From the NCBI GenBank assembly GCA_023411645.1, contig JAEYON010000055.1:17118-81117 (forward strand): a DNA stretch of 64,000 nucleotides. Direction: 5' to 3'. The notes under the pieces are model-generated. The model was not told the origin of the DNA. It did not search any database and saw nothing but the letters and a program-made list of their open reading frames with translations. The stretch comes from Bacillota bacterium. GTDB taxonomy: Bacteria > Bacillota > Clostridia > Acetivibrionales > DTU013. Made by a program: the position numbers and the translations under genes. The first letter of the stretch is position 1, and each line of letters opens with the position of its first letter. This document shows, one piece after another, positions 1-8,797 of this stretch.

Positions 1-12
1 AGGTACTAACTC

Positions 13-1587
13 ATGTCAAAAGGTAGTATTAGGATTATTGCATTACTCGTAGTTATGTTGATGTTAACTGCAATACTCGGTGCATGTGGATCAGGGGGCA
101 ATGAAGCAGTTCCGGAAGAAAGTACCGGAAATACTACGGTAGAAGAGCAATCACAGGCAGCAACTGCAGAGCAGGAAAAGAAATTAGATGAAGTGACGCT
201 GAAATTCTATTTCGTTGGAACAAAGAAGTCAGCTACTGATGAAGTTTGGGATAATGTCAGTGCTATTACAAAAGATACATTAAATGCAAAGTTTGAAATC
301 AACTATGTTCCATGGGGGGATTATCCTGACAAAATTCAGTTGCTTTCAGCTTCAGGTGATGATTATGACATGAATTTTGATGCGGATTGGATGATTTATC
401 CGAAGGTTGTCAACAAAGGCGCATACTTGCCGCTAAACGACCTGCTCCCACAATATGCTCCTAATCTGTATGCTACGTATCAAGAGCTGCAAATGATTAA
501 ACCATCCAGCGTTAATGGTAAAATTTATGCGCTGCCCTGGACAATCAACAAAACCAGCAGACCTTACCTTGTCTACAGAAAGGACCTTGCTGATAAACTG
601 GGCATAAGCGATTTCAGTACGCTTGAAGACATTGAGAAGTTCTTATATGCAGCAAAAAATGATGGGTCTTTCCCTGAAATATTTGCATGGAATCAATCAG
701 AAGCCGACGGTACAATTCAGAACATTATGTATACAAAATATGAATATGATAGATGGGATTATCATCAGTTGACTATGGATCTTAATGATTCCAGCTATAA
801 GATTGTTCCATTGGAACAGACCGAAATGTTTAAAGAGACTGTACAGACTGCTAAAAAGTGGCGCGATGACGGAATTATCTCCAAGAACCTTATAGCTGAC
901 AGTTCCATTGCTCTGGACAGGTTTAAAGCAGGGAAGCTTGCATGCTATATAGATATCTATGACAATGCCACATCTTTAATTGAGCTTGAGGATAAGAGCG
1001 GAGAAACTGGTTATGCGGCAATTTATCCTGATAACAAGCACAGATTTGACTCTTGTTTGAATAATATTTTCTGCATAAATAAAAACGCAGCAAACCCAGA
1101 GAGAACATTAATGTTCTTAGAGGCCATTTCTTCAAATCAGGAAGTATATGATGCAATGATGTACGGTATTGAAGGAGAGACCTATGTCCTGGACGGCAAA
1201 ACTGTAAGATTCCCTGAGGGTATTGATCAAAATACCAGCAATTATCTCGGATGGGAAACTCAGTGGGCTTTCTGGAGAACTGATAGAATGAGACCTGACG
1301 ATGTGAGAGATGAACAGCACTGGATTGATAATAATATGATGCTAAGTCAACCGTCTAATGTTGTTTCACCTATTTCAGGCTTGATTCCGGATACTGAATC
1401 AATAAAAACAGAGATGGCTAAAAGAGATAGTATTTTTAATGAATTAGGCAAATTGCTTGTGTACGGAAATGTTACTGATATTGACAAGTCTTTGAATGAG
1501 TATATTCAGAAGCAGAAAGATGCCGGACTTGACAAGATCCTGGCTGAAGTCCAGAAGCAGGTAGACGAATGGGTAGCAAGCAAGTAG
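13..1587 (+). CDS. ABC-transporter extracellular solute-binding lipoprotein (large family-1 carbohydrate binder)
   Basis: 524-aa ORF. Signal peptide plus lipobox (LTAILGAC/GSGG). The Trp/Tyr/Asp-rich body is typical of family-1 sugar SBPs. Cognate permeases would lie upstream of the window edge. Confidence 0.75.
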   Translation: MSKGSIRIIALLVVMLMLTAILGACGSGGNEAVPEESTGNTTVEEQSQAATAEQEKKLDEVTLKFYFVGTKKSATDEVWDNVSAITKDTLNAKFEINYVPWGDYPDKIQLLSASGDDYDMNFDADWMIYPKVVNKGAYLPLNDLLPQYAPNLYATYQELQMIKPSSVNGKIYALPWTINKTSRPYLVYRKDLADKLGISDFSTLEDIEKFLYAAKNDGSFPEIFAWNQSEADGTIQNIMYTKYEYDRWDYHQLTMDLNDSSYKIVPLEQTEMFKETVQTAKKWRDDGIISKNLIADSSIALDRFKAGKLACYIDIYDNATSLIELEDKSGETGYAAIYPDNKHRFDSCLNNIFCINKNAANPERTLMFLEAISSNQEVYDAMMYGIEGETYVLDGKTVRFPEGIDQNTSNYLGWETQWAFWRTDRMRPDDVRDEQHWIDNNMMLSQPSNVVSPISGLIPDTESIKTEMAKRDSIFNELGKLLVYGNVTDIDKSLNEYIQKQKDAGLDKILAEVQKQVDEWVASK

Positions 1588-1651
1588 GCTTATGTAAGGG
1601 AATAGAAGGCCTGCCTATATTGGATATAATGCAAATGCTTTACTAAACAGA

Positions 1652-1694
1652 GTGACTATAGGTAATATGTAAATTTCATATTACCTATAGTCAC
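1652..1694. promoter_or_regulatory. Perfect 18-bp inverted repeat (stem-loop) downstream of the SBP gene
   Basis: GTGACTATAGGTAATATG, 7 nt, CATATTACCTATAGTCAC, read directly. There is no U-tract, so an mRNA-stabilising/processing hairpin or an operator is more likely than a classic terminator. Confidence 0.6.
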
Positions 1695-1729
1695 AGTATC
1701 ACATACCGGCAATTAGTGCTGGGAAAAGG

Positions 1730-2527
1730 GTGTTTATAATGGTTATAGATTTTCACTATCACTATATTGATAAAGAGAATAATATAGACGAATTGCTGGA
1801 GCAAATGCGGCAGGCTTCTGTTGATATGACACTGATGTGTGCAATAGAAGGGCTGTCTTGGTTTAACACCACCGTCGGAACAAATGCCAGAGTGTATGAG
1901 GCAGTAAAGCGATTTCCGGACAGAATAACAGGCTGCATATATATTGATCCCAGATGGCCTGATGCATATGATATTATTGATGAATATGCAGACAAAGGGT
2001 TTAAATGTGTCAAAATGTGGCCGCCTGTTGGCTTTAATCCCGATGAGGACCGCTATTTTGGCGTGTATGAGAAGATAGCAAAAAGGGGATTACCCATTCT
2101 CTTTCATGCCGGACAAACTGCTTCAAATCTTGTATGCACTGAGAATAGAAGGTCAACAGATTCCTTCTGCGCATATCCTATGAGATTTGATAAGGTGGCA
2201 AGAGCTTTCCCAGAAATTCCAATTATTCTGGCTCATATGGGTTATCCCAATTATATTGAGACATGGAGTGTAGCACACGCAAACCCGAACATATATCTTG
2301 ATGTAGCAGGGGGAGGCCCGTGGATAGAGGGGATCCCATTGGTTTATTCTGCAATAGGAAAATTCATACCTATTGATTTCAAGAGGGTGTTATGGGGAAG
2401 CGATAATTGCATGCAGCAAAAGGATAGCATTGAATTCGCAAAAAATAGCTTGAAGCAAATGGGCTGTGAGGAAAGTGATTTCGAGTTTATTTTTGGCGAA
2501 ACTGCAAGAAGGTTACTTAAAATATAA
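1730..2527 (+). CDS. Amidohydrolase-2 family metal-dependent hydrolase (TIM barrel)
   Basis: 265 aa. N-terminal IDFHYHY metal-ligand-type motif, with later HAG / AHMG / D-containing strands as in PF04909-like enzymes. GTG start; ATG at 1739 is an alternative. Confidence 0.6.
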   Translation: MFIMVIDFHYHYIDKENNIDELLEQMRQASVDMTLMCAIEGLSWFNTTVGTNARVYEAVKRFPDRITGCIYIDPRWPDAYDIIDEYADKGFKCVKMWPPVGFNPDEDRYFGVYEKIAKRGLPILFHAGQTASNLVCTENRRSTDSFCAYPMRFDKVARAFPEIPIILAHMGYPNYIETWSVAHANPNIYLDVAGGGPWIEGIPLVYSAIGKFIPIDFKRVLWGSDNCMQQKDSIEFAKNSLKQMGCEESDFEFIFGETARRLLKI

Positions 2528-2566
2528 TGTTTTTATTTCAATTATGGTAAAAAAGAGGGAGACTAT

Positions 2567-3796
2567 ATGGATAACTATATCGTGAGAGAATTAGGCAGAG
2601 GCAGTATTATTGATATCGAGGAAATGAAAGAAGTTGAAAAGCTTATACAGACTGCCGATACATTGGCGTACGGCCCGCTTAGGGATAAATTTGAGGAAGA
2701 ATTTGCAGCATACTGCAATGTTAAGTATGCTATATCTGCTACTTCAGCTACAACAGCTCTAGGTATGGCGACTCAAATTCTTAATTTGAAGGAAAACGAT
2801 GAAATTATTGGTACTCCGCAAACCTTTAGGGCAACATATATCGGTGCGCTTAGTAAGGGCGTCAGGATAAGGTTTGCAGATATTGATCCTGCGACGCTCA
2901 ATATTGATCCCGCAACAATAGAAGATAAAATAACCGATAAAACAAAAGCCATTTTTGTAACACATTATGGCGGAAATCCCGTAGATATGGAACCCATAAT
3001 GGATATCGCGAAGAGACATAATTTGAAGGTAGTAGAGGATGCAGCTCACGCACCCGGCGCAGAATACCATGGTAAAAAAATTGGCTCTATAGCTGATATT
3101 ACATGTTTTTCTTTCCACTCACTAAAGAATATGAGCACCTTTGGTGAAGGCGGAATGATAACTACTAATAATCCGGAATATGCTAATGCAGCGAAAACAT
3201 TAAGAACTATGGGTATACTAGGAGCTACTAAGCCGCGTGAAGATACGGCTATTGGTCCTTATCCTATGCATAATGGTTCATATCATGACCATGCGGATGG
3301 TGCTTACACACTCGATTATGAGGATATACAAGAATACGGCAATAATTTCCGTATTAGTGAGGTTCAGGCTGCTGTCGGTTCGGTTCAGCTGAGAAAATTG
3401 GACGATATGAATCGTATGAGGACTAAGGCGGCTAATCAGTATAATGAAGGTCTATCTAAAATCGAAGGGATCAGAGTTCTCAAATCCACTCCCAATGCTT
3501 TGAATGTGTGGCATCTATATCCCTGTTTTATTGACACGAGTGTCATAAAGGCAAGTCGTGATGAGTTCATCTATTATCTGCAGGACAAAAAGAAAATACA
3601 GATAATACAACGGTACTTCCCAATACATTTGACTAACTACATGAGATATTTTGGCCATAAGTATGGTGAATGTCCTGTTTGTGAAAAGGTTTGGTTTGAG
3701 GAGCAGATAAATTTACCTATTAATCCTCGTATTACAGCAGACCAGATTGACTATGTTGTTAACAGCATAAAAGAAGCTGTTGAGCATTTTAAGTAG
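2567..3796 (+). CDS. DegT/DnrJ/EryC1/StrS-family PLP-dependent sugar aminotransferase
   Basis: 409 aa. Family-typical blocks are present: DAAHAPGA, FSFHSLKNMSTFGEGG (PLP-lysine context) and NFRISEVQAAVG. Confidence 0.8.
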   Translation: MDNYIVRELGRGSIIDIEEMKEVEKLIQTADTLAYGPLRDKFEEEFAAYCNVKYAISATSATTALGMATQILNLKENDEIIGTPQTFRATYIGALSKGVRIRFADIDPATLNIDPATIEDKITDKTKAIFVTHYGGNPVDMEPIMDIAKRHNLKVVEDAAHAPGAEYHGKKIGSIADITCFSFHSLKNMSTFGEGGMITTNNPEYANAAKTLRTMGILGATKPREDTAIGPYPMHNGSYHDHADGAYTLDYEDIQEYGNNFRISEVQAAVGSVQLRKLDDMNRMRTKAANQYNEGLSKIEGIRVLKSTPNALNVWHLYPCFIDTSVIKASRDEFIYYLQDKKKIQIIQRYFPIHLTNYMRYFGHKYGECPVCEKVWFEEQINLPINPRITADQIDYVVNSIKEAVEHFK

Positions 3797-3820
3797 AATT
3801 ACGGTAACAACATCGTGCTG

Positions 3821-3847
3821 GAGGTGTGAGATAAAAACTCACACCTC
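3821..3847. terminator. 10-bp stem-loop after the aminotransferase gene (weak terminator or processing hairpin)
   Basis: GAGGTGTGAG, 7 nt, CTCACACCTC. No clear U-tract follows. Confidence 0.4.
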
Positions 3848-3908
3848 ATAGCATAGGCCTCGAGAGCGAGTCTTGAGAGTATTTAATGATCAGATCGGAG
3901 ATATAAAA

Positions 3909-4727
3909 GTGATCAAGATTTCAATGATGAGTTATACTATAGCAAGGGGAGAATGGGGAAACAAGCCTGACATTAAGGAACTTTGTGAGTTTACACGAAA
4001 GATTGATATTGATGCAATAGATTGGTGTGGAACTTATGGCTTCAATCCTCAGGATATAAGAAGAATTACAGATGAGTATGGACTTAAAAATATTTGTTAC
4101 ACATTTCATGCAAATGATATCCAGTATCCGTCAAGGGACATTCGAAAAAAAGGCATTGAGGAAGTAAAAAAGGGACTTGAGGTGGCATCCATCCTCGGAG
4201 CAGACAAGATAATGCTTCCGATCGAAGGTCTGGAGGGAATTCCACGGGCTGAGGTACGAAAGTATTGTATTGAGTCTTTAGCCGAAGCGGTAGAGCTTGC
4301 CCGTAACTTAAGTATTACAGTTACCGTTGAACATTTTCCTGGCGCCATAAGCCCGTTTGTTATATCAGCAGATGTAAATGAAGCTATCAGAGAGGTGCCT
4401 GATCTTAGAATAACATACGATAATGGAAATGTTTTTACCGGTGGAGAAGAGCCTGCAGAAGGTTTTAAAAATTCCGCAGAATATATTGTTCATGCACATT
4501 TTAAGGACTGGGTTGTTGATAAGGACGGTAGACCATGCCTTGATGGTAATTCCTATAAGGGTGCTCTTATCACTGAGGGGCTCGTTGACCCGGTACCGTG
4601 TATCAAAATAATGAAAGAAATGGGCTACGATGGGTATATCAATTTCGAATATGAAGGAGATAAATACTCGCCGTATCAAGCGACTATTACAGGTGTAAAT
4701 GCTCTTAGGGAAATGTTAAAAGACTAA
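3909..4727 (+). CDS. Sugar phosphate isomerase/epimerase (xylose-isomerase-like TIM barrel)
   Basis: The ORF track gives 3873..4727. I prefer GTG 3909, which has GGAGA 7 nt upstream and gives a product starting MIKISMMSY. HAHFKD and INFEYEG strands are typical of the family. Confidence 0.7.
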   Translation: MIKISMMSYTIARGEWGNKPDIKELCEFTRKIDIDAIDWCGTYGFNPQDIRRITDEYGLKNICYTFHANDIQYPSRDIRKKGIEEVKKGLEVASILGADKIMLPIEGLEGIPRAEVRKYCIESLAEAVELARNLSITVTVEHFPGAISPFVISADVNEAIREVPDLRITYDNGNVFTGGEEPAEGFKNSAEYIVHAHFKDWVVDKDGRPCLDGNSYKGALITEGLVDPVPCIKIMKEMGYDGYINFEYEGDKYSPYQATITGVNALREMLKD

Positions 4728-4780
4728 GTGGCTAAAAACATGGCTGAAGGACATAAATCATTTATTTATAGGGTGGTAAT

Positions 4781-6427
4781 ATGATTACTAAGTATAAAAA
4801 TGGCGTTATTGAAATTCAATTAAAAACCGACAGGAATTTTAACAATCCCTTCTGGGATGTTGAAATCGTTGCAACCTTCAGCCATGAGAATGACAAGTCA
4901 GTACAAAAGGTATATGGCTTTTATGATGGAAGAGACAAGGATGGTTATAATATCTGGAAGCTTCGATGGATGCCTGCCTTTAAGGGTAATTGGATTTGTC
5001 ATATTCTTTCATACCCGCAGACGGAGGGCTTGTCCGCAGAGCTGGCGCTTCAGATTGCTGATGATGAAGTGAATGAGAAAGGATTTCTTCGTGCTTATCC
5101 GGAAGATAAATGGGGCCTGAAATTTGATAATGGTGAGCCCTTCTATTTATTCGGAGACACAATGTATAATATTTTTGGTGCATGTTATTGTGGAGTTGAT
5201 GTAGAAAATGTTCTGCGCCGCCGTAAGGAACAGGGCATAAACTATATAAGGGCACGGATGCAGGTAAGCCCCTACCATCCTGATACACTAAATAGTTGGC
5301 AAACGAGGGACTGCTGGCCTTGGGGAGGCAGCTCCCAGCTGCCGGACTTTACGCGCTTCAAGCTGGACTATTTTCAAGCTGTAGATAAGGTAGTTTCTAT
5401 GATGGCAGATATGGATATGGGTCTTGAGGTTGTTTTTGAAGCTTGGCTATGGGAATTTCCCTTCAATGACCGCAATAAATTTATACCTGAATTTGAGATG
5501 CATTGGTTTAAATATATTATATCGCGTTATGCCGCCTATCCTTGTGTGTATATTTGGTGTCCGGCAAATGAATATGAATTCTATCCTGTAGGTGAGGTGA
5601 AATACCATCCTGAAGCTGATCGCTGGCTTAAACGCTTGGCTGCATTTATAAAGGAATGTGATCCTTTCCGTCATCCTATCGGAGCTCATAATTGGGAACA
5701 GGATATACCGCTGTCCAACAGGGTAGGAGATATAAAGGATATAGATGTTTATCTAATTCAGACCAGTTGGGGGTTGGAAAGCGAAAAATTCAACAGGGCT
5801 GCTTCGCTATGCATGTACCTTGAAAGCCAGATGAGGAATCATTCACCTAAAAGAGACAAGGTAATGATATGTGCTGAATTTGGATATGAAACAGCTGATT
5901 GTTCATATACTCATGAAGGACACCAGGTTATGGACCATAATCACACGCGGAGGGGTCAATGGAGGACTGGTTTTAGCGGGTATCATGTGGTGCATGGGTT
6001 CAATAACACATGGGGAGCACATTTGGATGTATCGCAGGATCCAATTGGGACACAGTATTTAATACATTTTTATAACTTCATGACAAAAAGTATTAACTTC
6101 TATGAGATGAATACAGCACCGGAATTACTCCATACTGCAAGCGGAAGCGAAGAGGACGGGACGCTACCTCTTTGTCTTTCAAATGAGGACAGGTCTGTGA
6201 TTTCTGTTTACTTCCCGGCTGCTGGTAACTGTACACTGGATATTTCGAGGGCTCAAGACTATACCGTACACTGGATCAATCCGCGTACAGGTGCATGGAC
6301 TTCGGGGGACCTGAGTGAATCGGGATGCTTCACAGCACCACAAACTAATGAAGGTAATGAAGCATGGGGTGATGATTGGGTACTTTTATTAAATCGCAGG
6401 TCTGAAGATATGGCAGATAGCGAATAG
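4781..6427 (+). CDS. DUF5060 + DUF4038 protein (putative glycoside hydrolase with a GH5-like (beta/alpha)8 fold)
   Basis: 548 aa. N-terminal Ig-like segment, then GFLR..GEPFYLFGDTMYN and ..WCPANEYE.. blocks that I recall as typical of DUF4038. No signal peptide. Confidence 0.5.
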   Translation: MITKYKNGVIEIQLKTDRNFNNPFWDVEIVATFSHENDKSVQKVYGFYDGRDKDGYNIWKLRWMPAFKGNWICHILSYPQTEGLSAELALQIADDEVNEKGFLRAYPEDKWGLKFDNGEPFYLFGDTMYNIFGACYCGVDVENVLRRRKEQGINYIRARMQVSPYHPDTLNSWQTRDCWPWGGSSQLPDFTRFKLDYFQAVDKVVSMMADMDMGLEVVFEAWLWEFPFNDRNKFIPEFEMHWFKYIISRYAAYPCVYIWCPANEYEFYPVGEVKYHPEADRWLKRLAAFIKECDPFRHPIGAHNWEQDIPLSNRVGDIKDIDVYLIQTSWGLESEKFNRAASLCMYLESQMRNHSPKRDKVMICAEFGYETADCSYTHEGHQVMDHNHTRRGQWRTGFSGYHVVHGFNNTWGAHLDVSQDPIGTQYLIHFYNFMTKSINFYEMNTAPELLHTASGSEEDGTLPLCLSNEDRSVISVYFPAAGNCTLDISRAQDYTVHWINPRTGAWTSGDLSESGCFTAPQTNEGNEAWGDDWVLLLNRRSEDMADSE

Positions 6428-6451
6428 GAATGCCGGCAATCCTGCAGCCCA

Positions 6452-6501
6452 TCGGGCTTATAACCAGAAGGACAAAGGTTCAAATCCTTTCCCCGCAACC
6501 A
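6452..6501 (+). pseudogene. Initiator tRNA-Met (tRNA-fMet) 3'-half remnant
   Basis: TCGGGCTTATAACCAGAAGGACAAAGGTTCAAATCCTTTCCCCGCAACCA closely parallels the 3' 50 nt of bacterial tRNA-fMet (TCGGGCTCATAACCCGAAGG...GGTTCAAATCC...CCCCGCAACCA). The anticodon is CAT>TAT and one anticodon-stem pair is broken. No matching 5' acceptor strand (TGCGGGG) is present upstream. Confidence 0.55.
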
Positions 6502-6504
6502 ACG

Positions 6505-6538
6505 AAAAGCCGCTTATCCGTGAGAATAGGCGGCTTTT
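6505..6538. terminator. Bidirectional intrinsic terminator between convergent genes
   Basis: AAAAGCCGCTTAT, loop, ATAGGCGGCTTTT. The stem has an A-run on one side and a T-run on the other, and lies between the glycosidase-like gene (+) and the guaA-like gene (-). Confidence 0.75.
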
Positions 6539-6587
6539 CAGTTCCAGTAAATATTATTGTCATGGCTTTAGTGTTTTCTTCAGCTTC

Positions 6588-7895
6588 TTACTCCCATTCT
6601 ATGGTAGCACAGGGTTTGGGGCTCAGATCATAGCAAACCCGGTTAACGCCGGGTACCTCATTTAAAATTCGATCTGTGATTTTTTGCATGAGCGGCCAGT
6701 CGAGCTGTTCGATGGTTGCGGTCATAGCGTCAACCGTATTGACAGCGCGAAGAATCACAGGGTATTCGAAGCATCTTGCATCATTTTTCACACCAACTGA
6801 CTTAAAGTCGGGTACAACTGTAAAGTACTGCCATACCTTTTTATCCAGTCCTGCCTTTTCAAATTCTTCCCTCAAGATTGCATCCGATTCGCGAACTGCT
6901 TCCAACCGCTCTTTTGTGATAGCGCCAAGACAGCGTACACCAAGACCCGGGCCGGGGAAAGGCTGTCTTTTGACCATCCCGTCAGGCAGACCAAGCTCTG
7001 TGCCGCATGCTCTTACCTCATCCTTGAACAGATAGTAAAGAGGCTCAACCAATGAAAATTTGAGATCATCCGGAAGGCCTGCCACATTGTGATGGGATTT
7101 AACAATCTTTGCTGTCTTTGTACCACTCTCTACGATATCGGGATATATGGTTCCCTGGGCAAGAAAGTCAATTCCATTGAGCTTACGGGCTTCTTCCTCA
7201 AATACACGGATGAATTCAGTGCCGATAATCTTCCTTTTTGTCTCTGGATCCGCCACATTAGCAAGCTTCGCCAGGAATCGTTCGCTTGCGTCGACATAGA
7301 TCAGGTTTGCATCCATTTGATTCTTAAAAACTTCAACGACCATTTCTGATTCGCCTTTACGCATTAATCCGTGATTGACGTGAACACACACCAGCTGCTT
7401 TCCGACAGCTTTGATCAGCAATGCGGCAACGACTGAACTATCGACACCGCCGGATAATGCAAGCAATACCTTCTTATCTCCGACTTGCTTTCTTATCCGT
7501 TCCACCTGTTCCTCGATAAAGCTCTTCATATTCCAATTAGGTTCTGCTTTACATATATCAAACAAAAAGGGCCTTAAAACGTTCTTTATTTCTTCTTCCT
7601 CTTCCGGCCATATGTCCAATTTAGCATCATAGATTGCTGCATCATGAGAAACTGCCATGATTGGATATCCGGAGTGATAGATTTCGCTGCCGACATCGAT
7701 TTTTTTACCATTAATTATGTTATTTTCTCCGCCGCTGATTATAATACCCTTAACATTGGATAGCCTGGAGAGGCCTTCCTTTGTGATATCATGAGGGTGA
7801 ATCTCGCTATATATGCCAAGGGCGCGAATAGCTCTAGCAATGACAGTATTTATTCTGCTGCCCAGGTCTAAAATGACAATCATATCCTGCTTCAT
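6588..7895 (-). CDS. guaA: GMP synthase-like protein: ATP-pyrophosphatase and dimerisation domains intact, N-terminal glutaminase domain truncated and lacking the catalytic triad
   Basis: 435 aa. P-loop SGGVDSS at aa 148-154 and a canonical C-terminus ..PCATIEWE. The N-terminal domain is only ~110 aa, with AVSHD where G-[VI]-C-Y-G is expected, and there is no HPE segment. Confidence 0.8.
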   Translation of the reverse strand: MKQDMIVILDLGSRINTVIARAIRALGIYSEIHPHDITKEGLSRLSNVKGIIISGGENNIINGKKIDVGSEIYHSGYPIMAVSHDAAIYDAKLDIWPEEEEEIKNVLRPFLFDICKAEPNWNMKSFIEEQVERIRKQVGDKKVLLALSGGVDSSVVAALLIKAVGKQLVCVHVNHGLMRKGESEMVVEVFKNQMDANLIYVDASERFLAKLANVADPETKRKIIGTEFIRVFEEEARKLNGIDFLAQGTIYPDIVESGTKTAKIVKSHHNVAGLPDDLKFSLVEPLYYLFKDEVRACGTELGLPDGMVKRQPFPGPGLGVRCLGAITKERLEAVRESDAILREEFEKAGLDKKVWQYFTVVPDFKSVGVKNDARCFEYPVILRAVNTVDAMTATIEQLDWPLMQKITDRILNEVPGVNRVCYDLSPKPCATIEWE

Positions 7896-7959
7896 AGTTC
7901 CTCCTAAAATGTTATCTTAATATATAAGTTATCCAAATTAGAATAACACATAAAGGAGA

Positions 7960-8580
7960 TTAATAAAACAATTCTTTCTGTTCGCCGTAGGCATTGCTCA
8001 ATGATCTTCTTGCGATGAAAATCTTTAGATGCCGTATGAATTGTTTATCTCTTTGTATAATTTTCAGACCGACTCTGAATTTATCATCGTTTTTGAAGCA
8101 ATACATGATCTCGCACTTGATATCATAAGGAATATTGTCAAGGTTAAGCCGGATTGCCAGAACTTTACCGACGTCTAGTTTATCTTCGTATATGATTCCG
8201 ATCCCGCCCATGGACAGATCACTGATCATAAATATTAGCGGCTGGGCCAAAATGTAGGGCTCCGCATCAGGACTGTCGGACACCGAAGTGCATTCTATGC
8301 GCTGTAAGTGCCTGATCCTAACGAAAAGGCGGCGGTCGGCAAGAGTCTTTTCATCAAGATGATGTAATATTGCGTTGTCATTTCCCCAGATATTTTCATC
8401 TACTGGAATAGGCGGAGCTTCAGGTTCGCCTTCCTGCCCCGCTTCCAGAGCTGACTTCCGCTCAGCTTCTGCAGTAATGTTTTGGGGGCTCATGACGATA
8501 TGAGGATTCGGATCGCTATGTCTTTTCTCTTTTTTTTTGCCGTCACTGATTATAATTTTATTTGTCATGGTTTTCCTCAT
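7960..8580 (-). CDS. PilZ-domain c-di-GMP-binding protein
   Basis: 206 aa. RxxxR (RLFVR) and DxSxxG (DLSMGG) motifs at the expected spacing in the C-terminal half. The N-terminal ~90 aa are charged and probably disordered. Confidence 0.75.
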   Translation of the reverse strand: MRKTMTNKIIISDGKKKEKRHSDPNPHIVMSPQNITAEAERKSALEAGQEGEPEAPPIPVDENIWGNDNAILHHLDEKTLADRRLFVRIRHLQRIECTSVSDSPDAEPYILAQPLIFMISDLSMGGIGIIYEDKLDVGKVLAIRLNLDNIPYDIKCEIMYCFKNDDKFRVGLKIIQRDKQFIRHLKIFIARRSLSNAYGEQKELFY

Positions 8581-8797
8581 CCATTTTCAGAGCTGGTAAA
8601 GGTATAATAGTACAACTCTATTTTACCATTAAAACATGCATGGATAAATAGACTTAGCTTCTTATAAAAAAGGGACCATGGTCCTATTAGCAGGACCGGC
8701 TTCTTTTTTTAAAGTGCAGATGTTATAATAAATATTACTGTGAGAATTTTGCAGAAAAACAGAAAATAATAAAGACTTCAGAAAAAAAGGAGCAGAA

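Noticed and set aside
6430-6633. 67-aa plus-strand ORF after the glycosidase-like gene
   Set aside because: It reads straight through the tRNA-fMet remnant and the bidirectional terminator, and into the antisense of the guaA-like gene. It is an artefact.
8655-8700. Three GGACC/GGTCC words (GGGACCATGGTCC...GGACC) followed by a T-run in the PilZ/HAD divergent intergenic region, considered as an attenuator or terminator
   Set aside because: The stems are only 5 bp, the geometry is ambiguous on both strands, and no upstream gene needs a terminator there. Evidence is insufficient.
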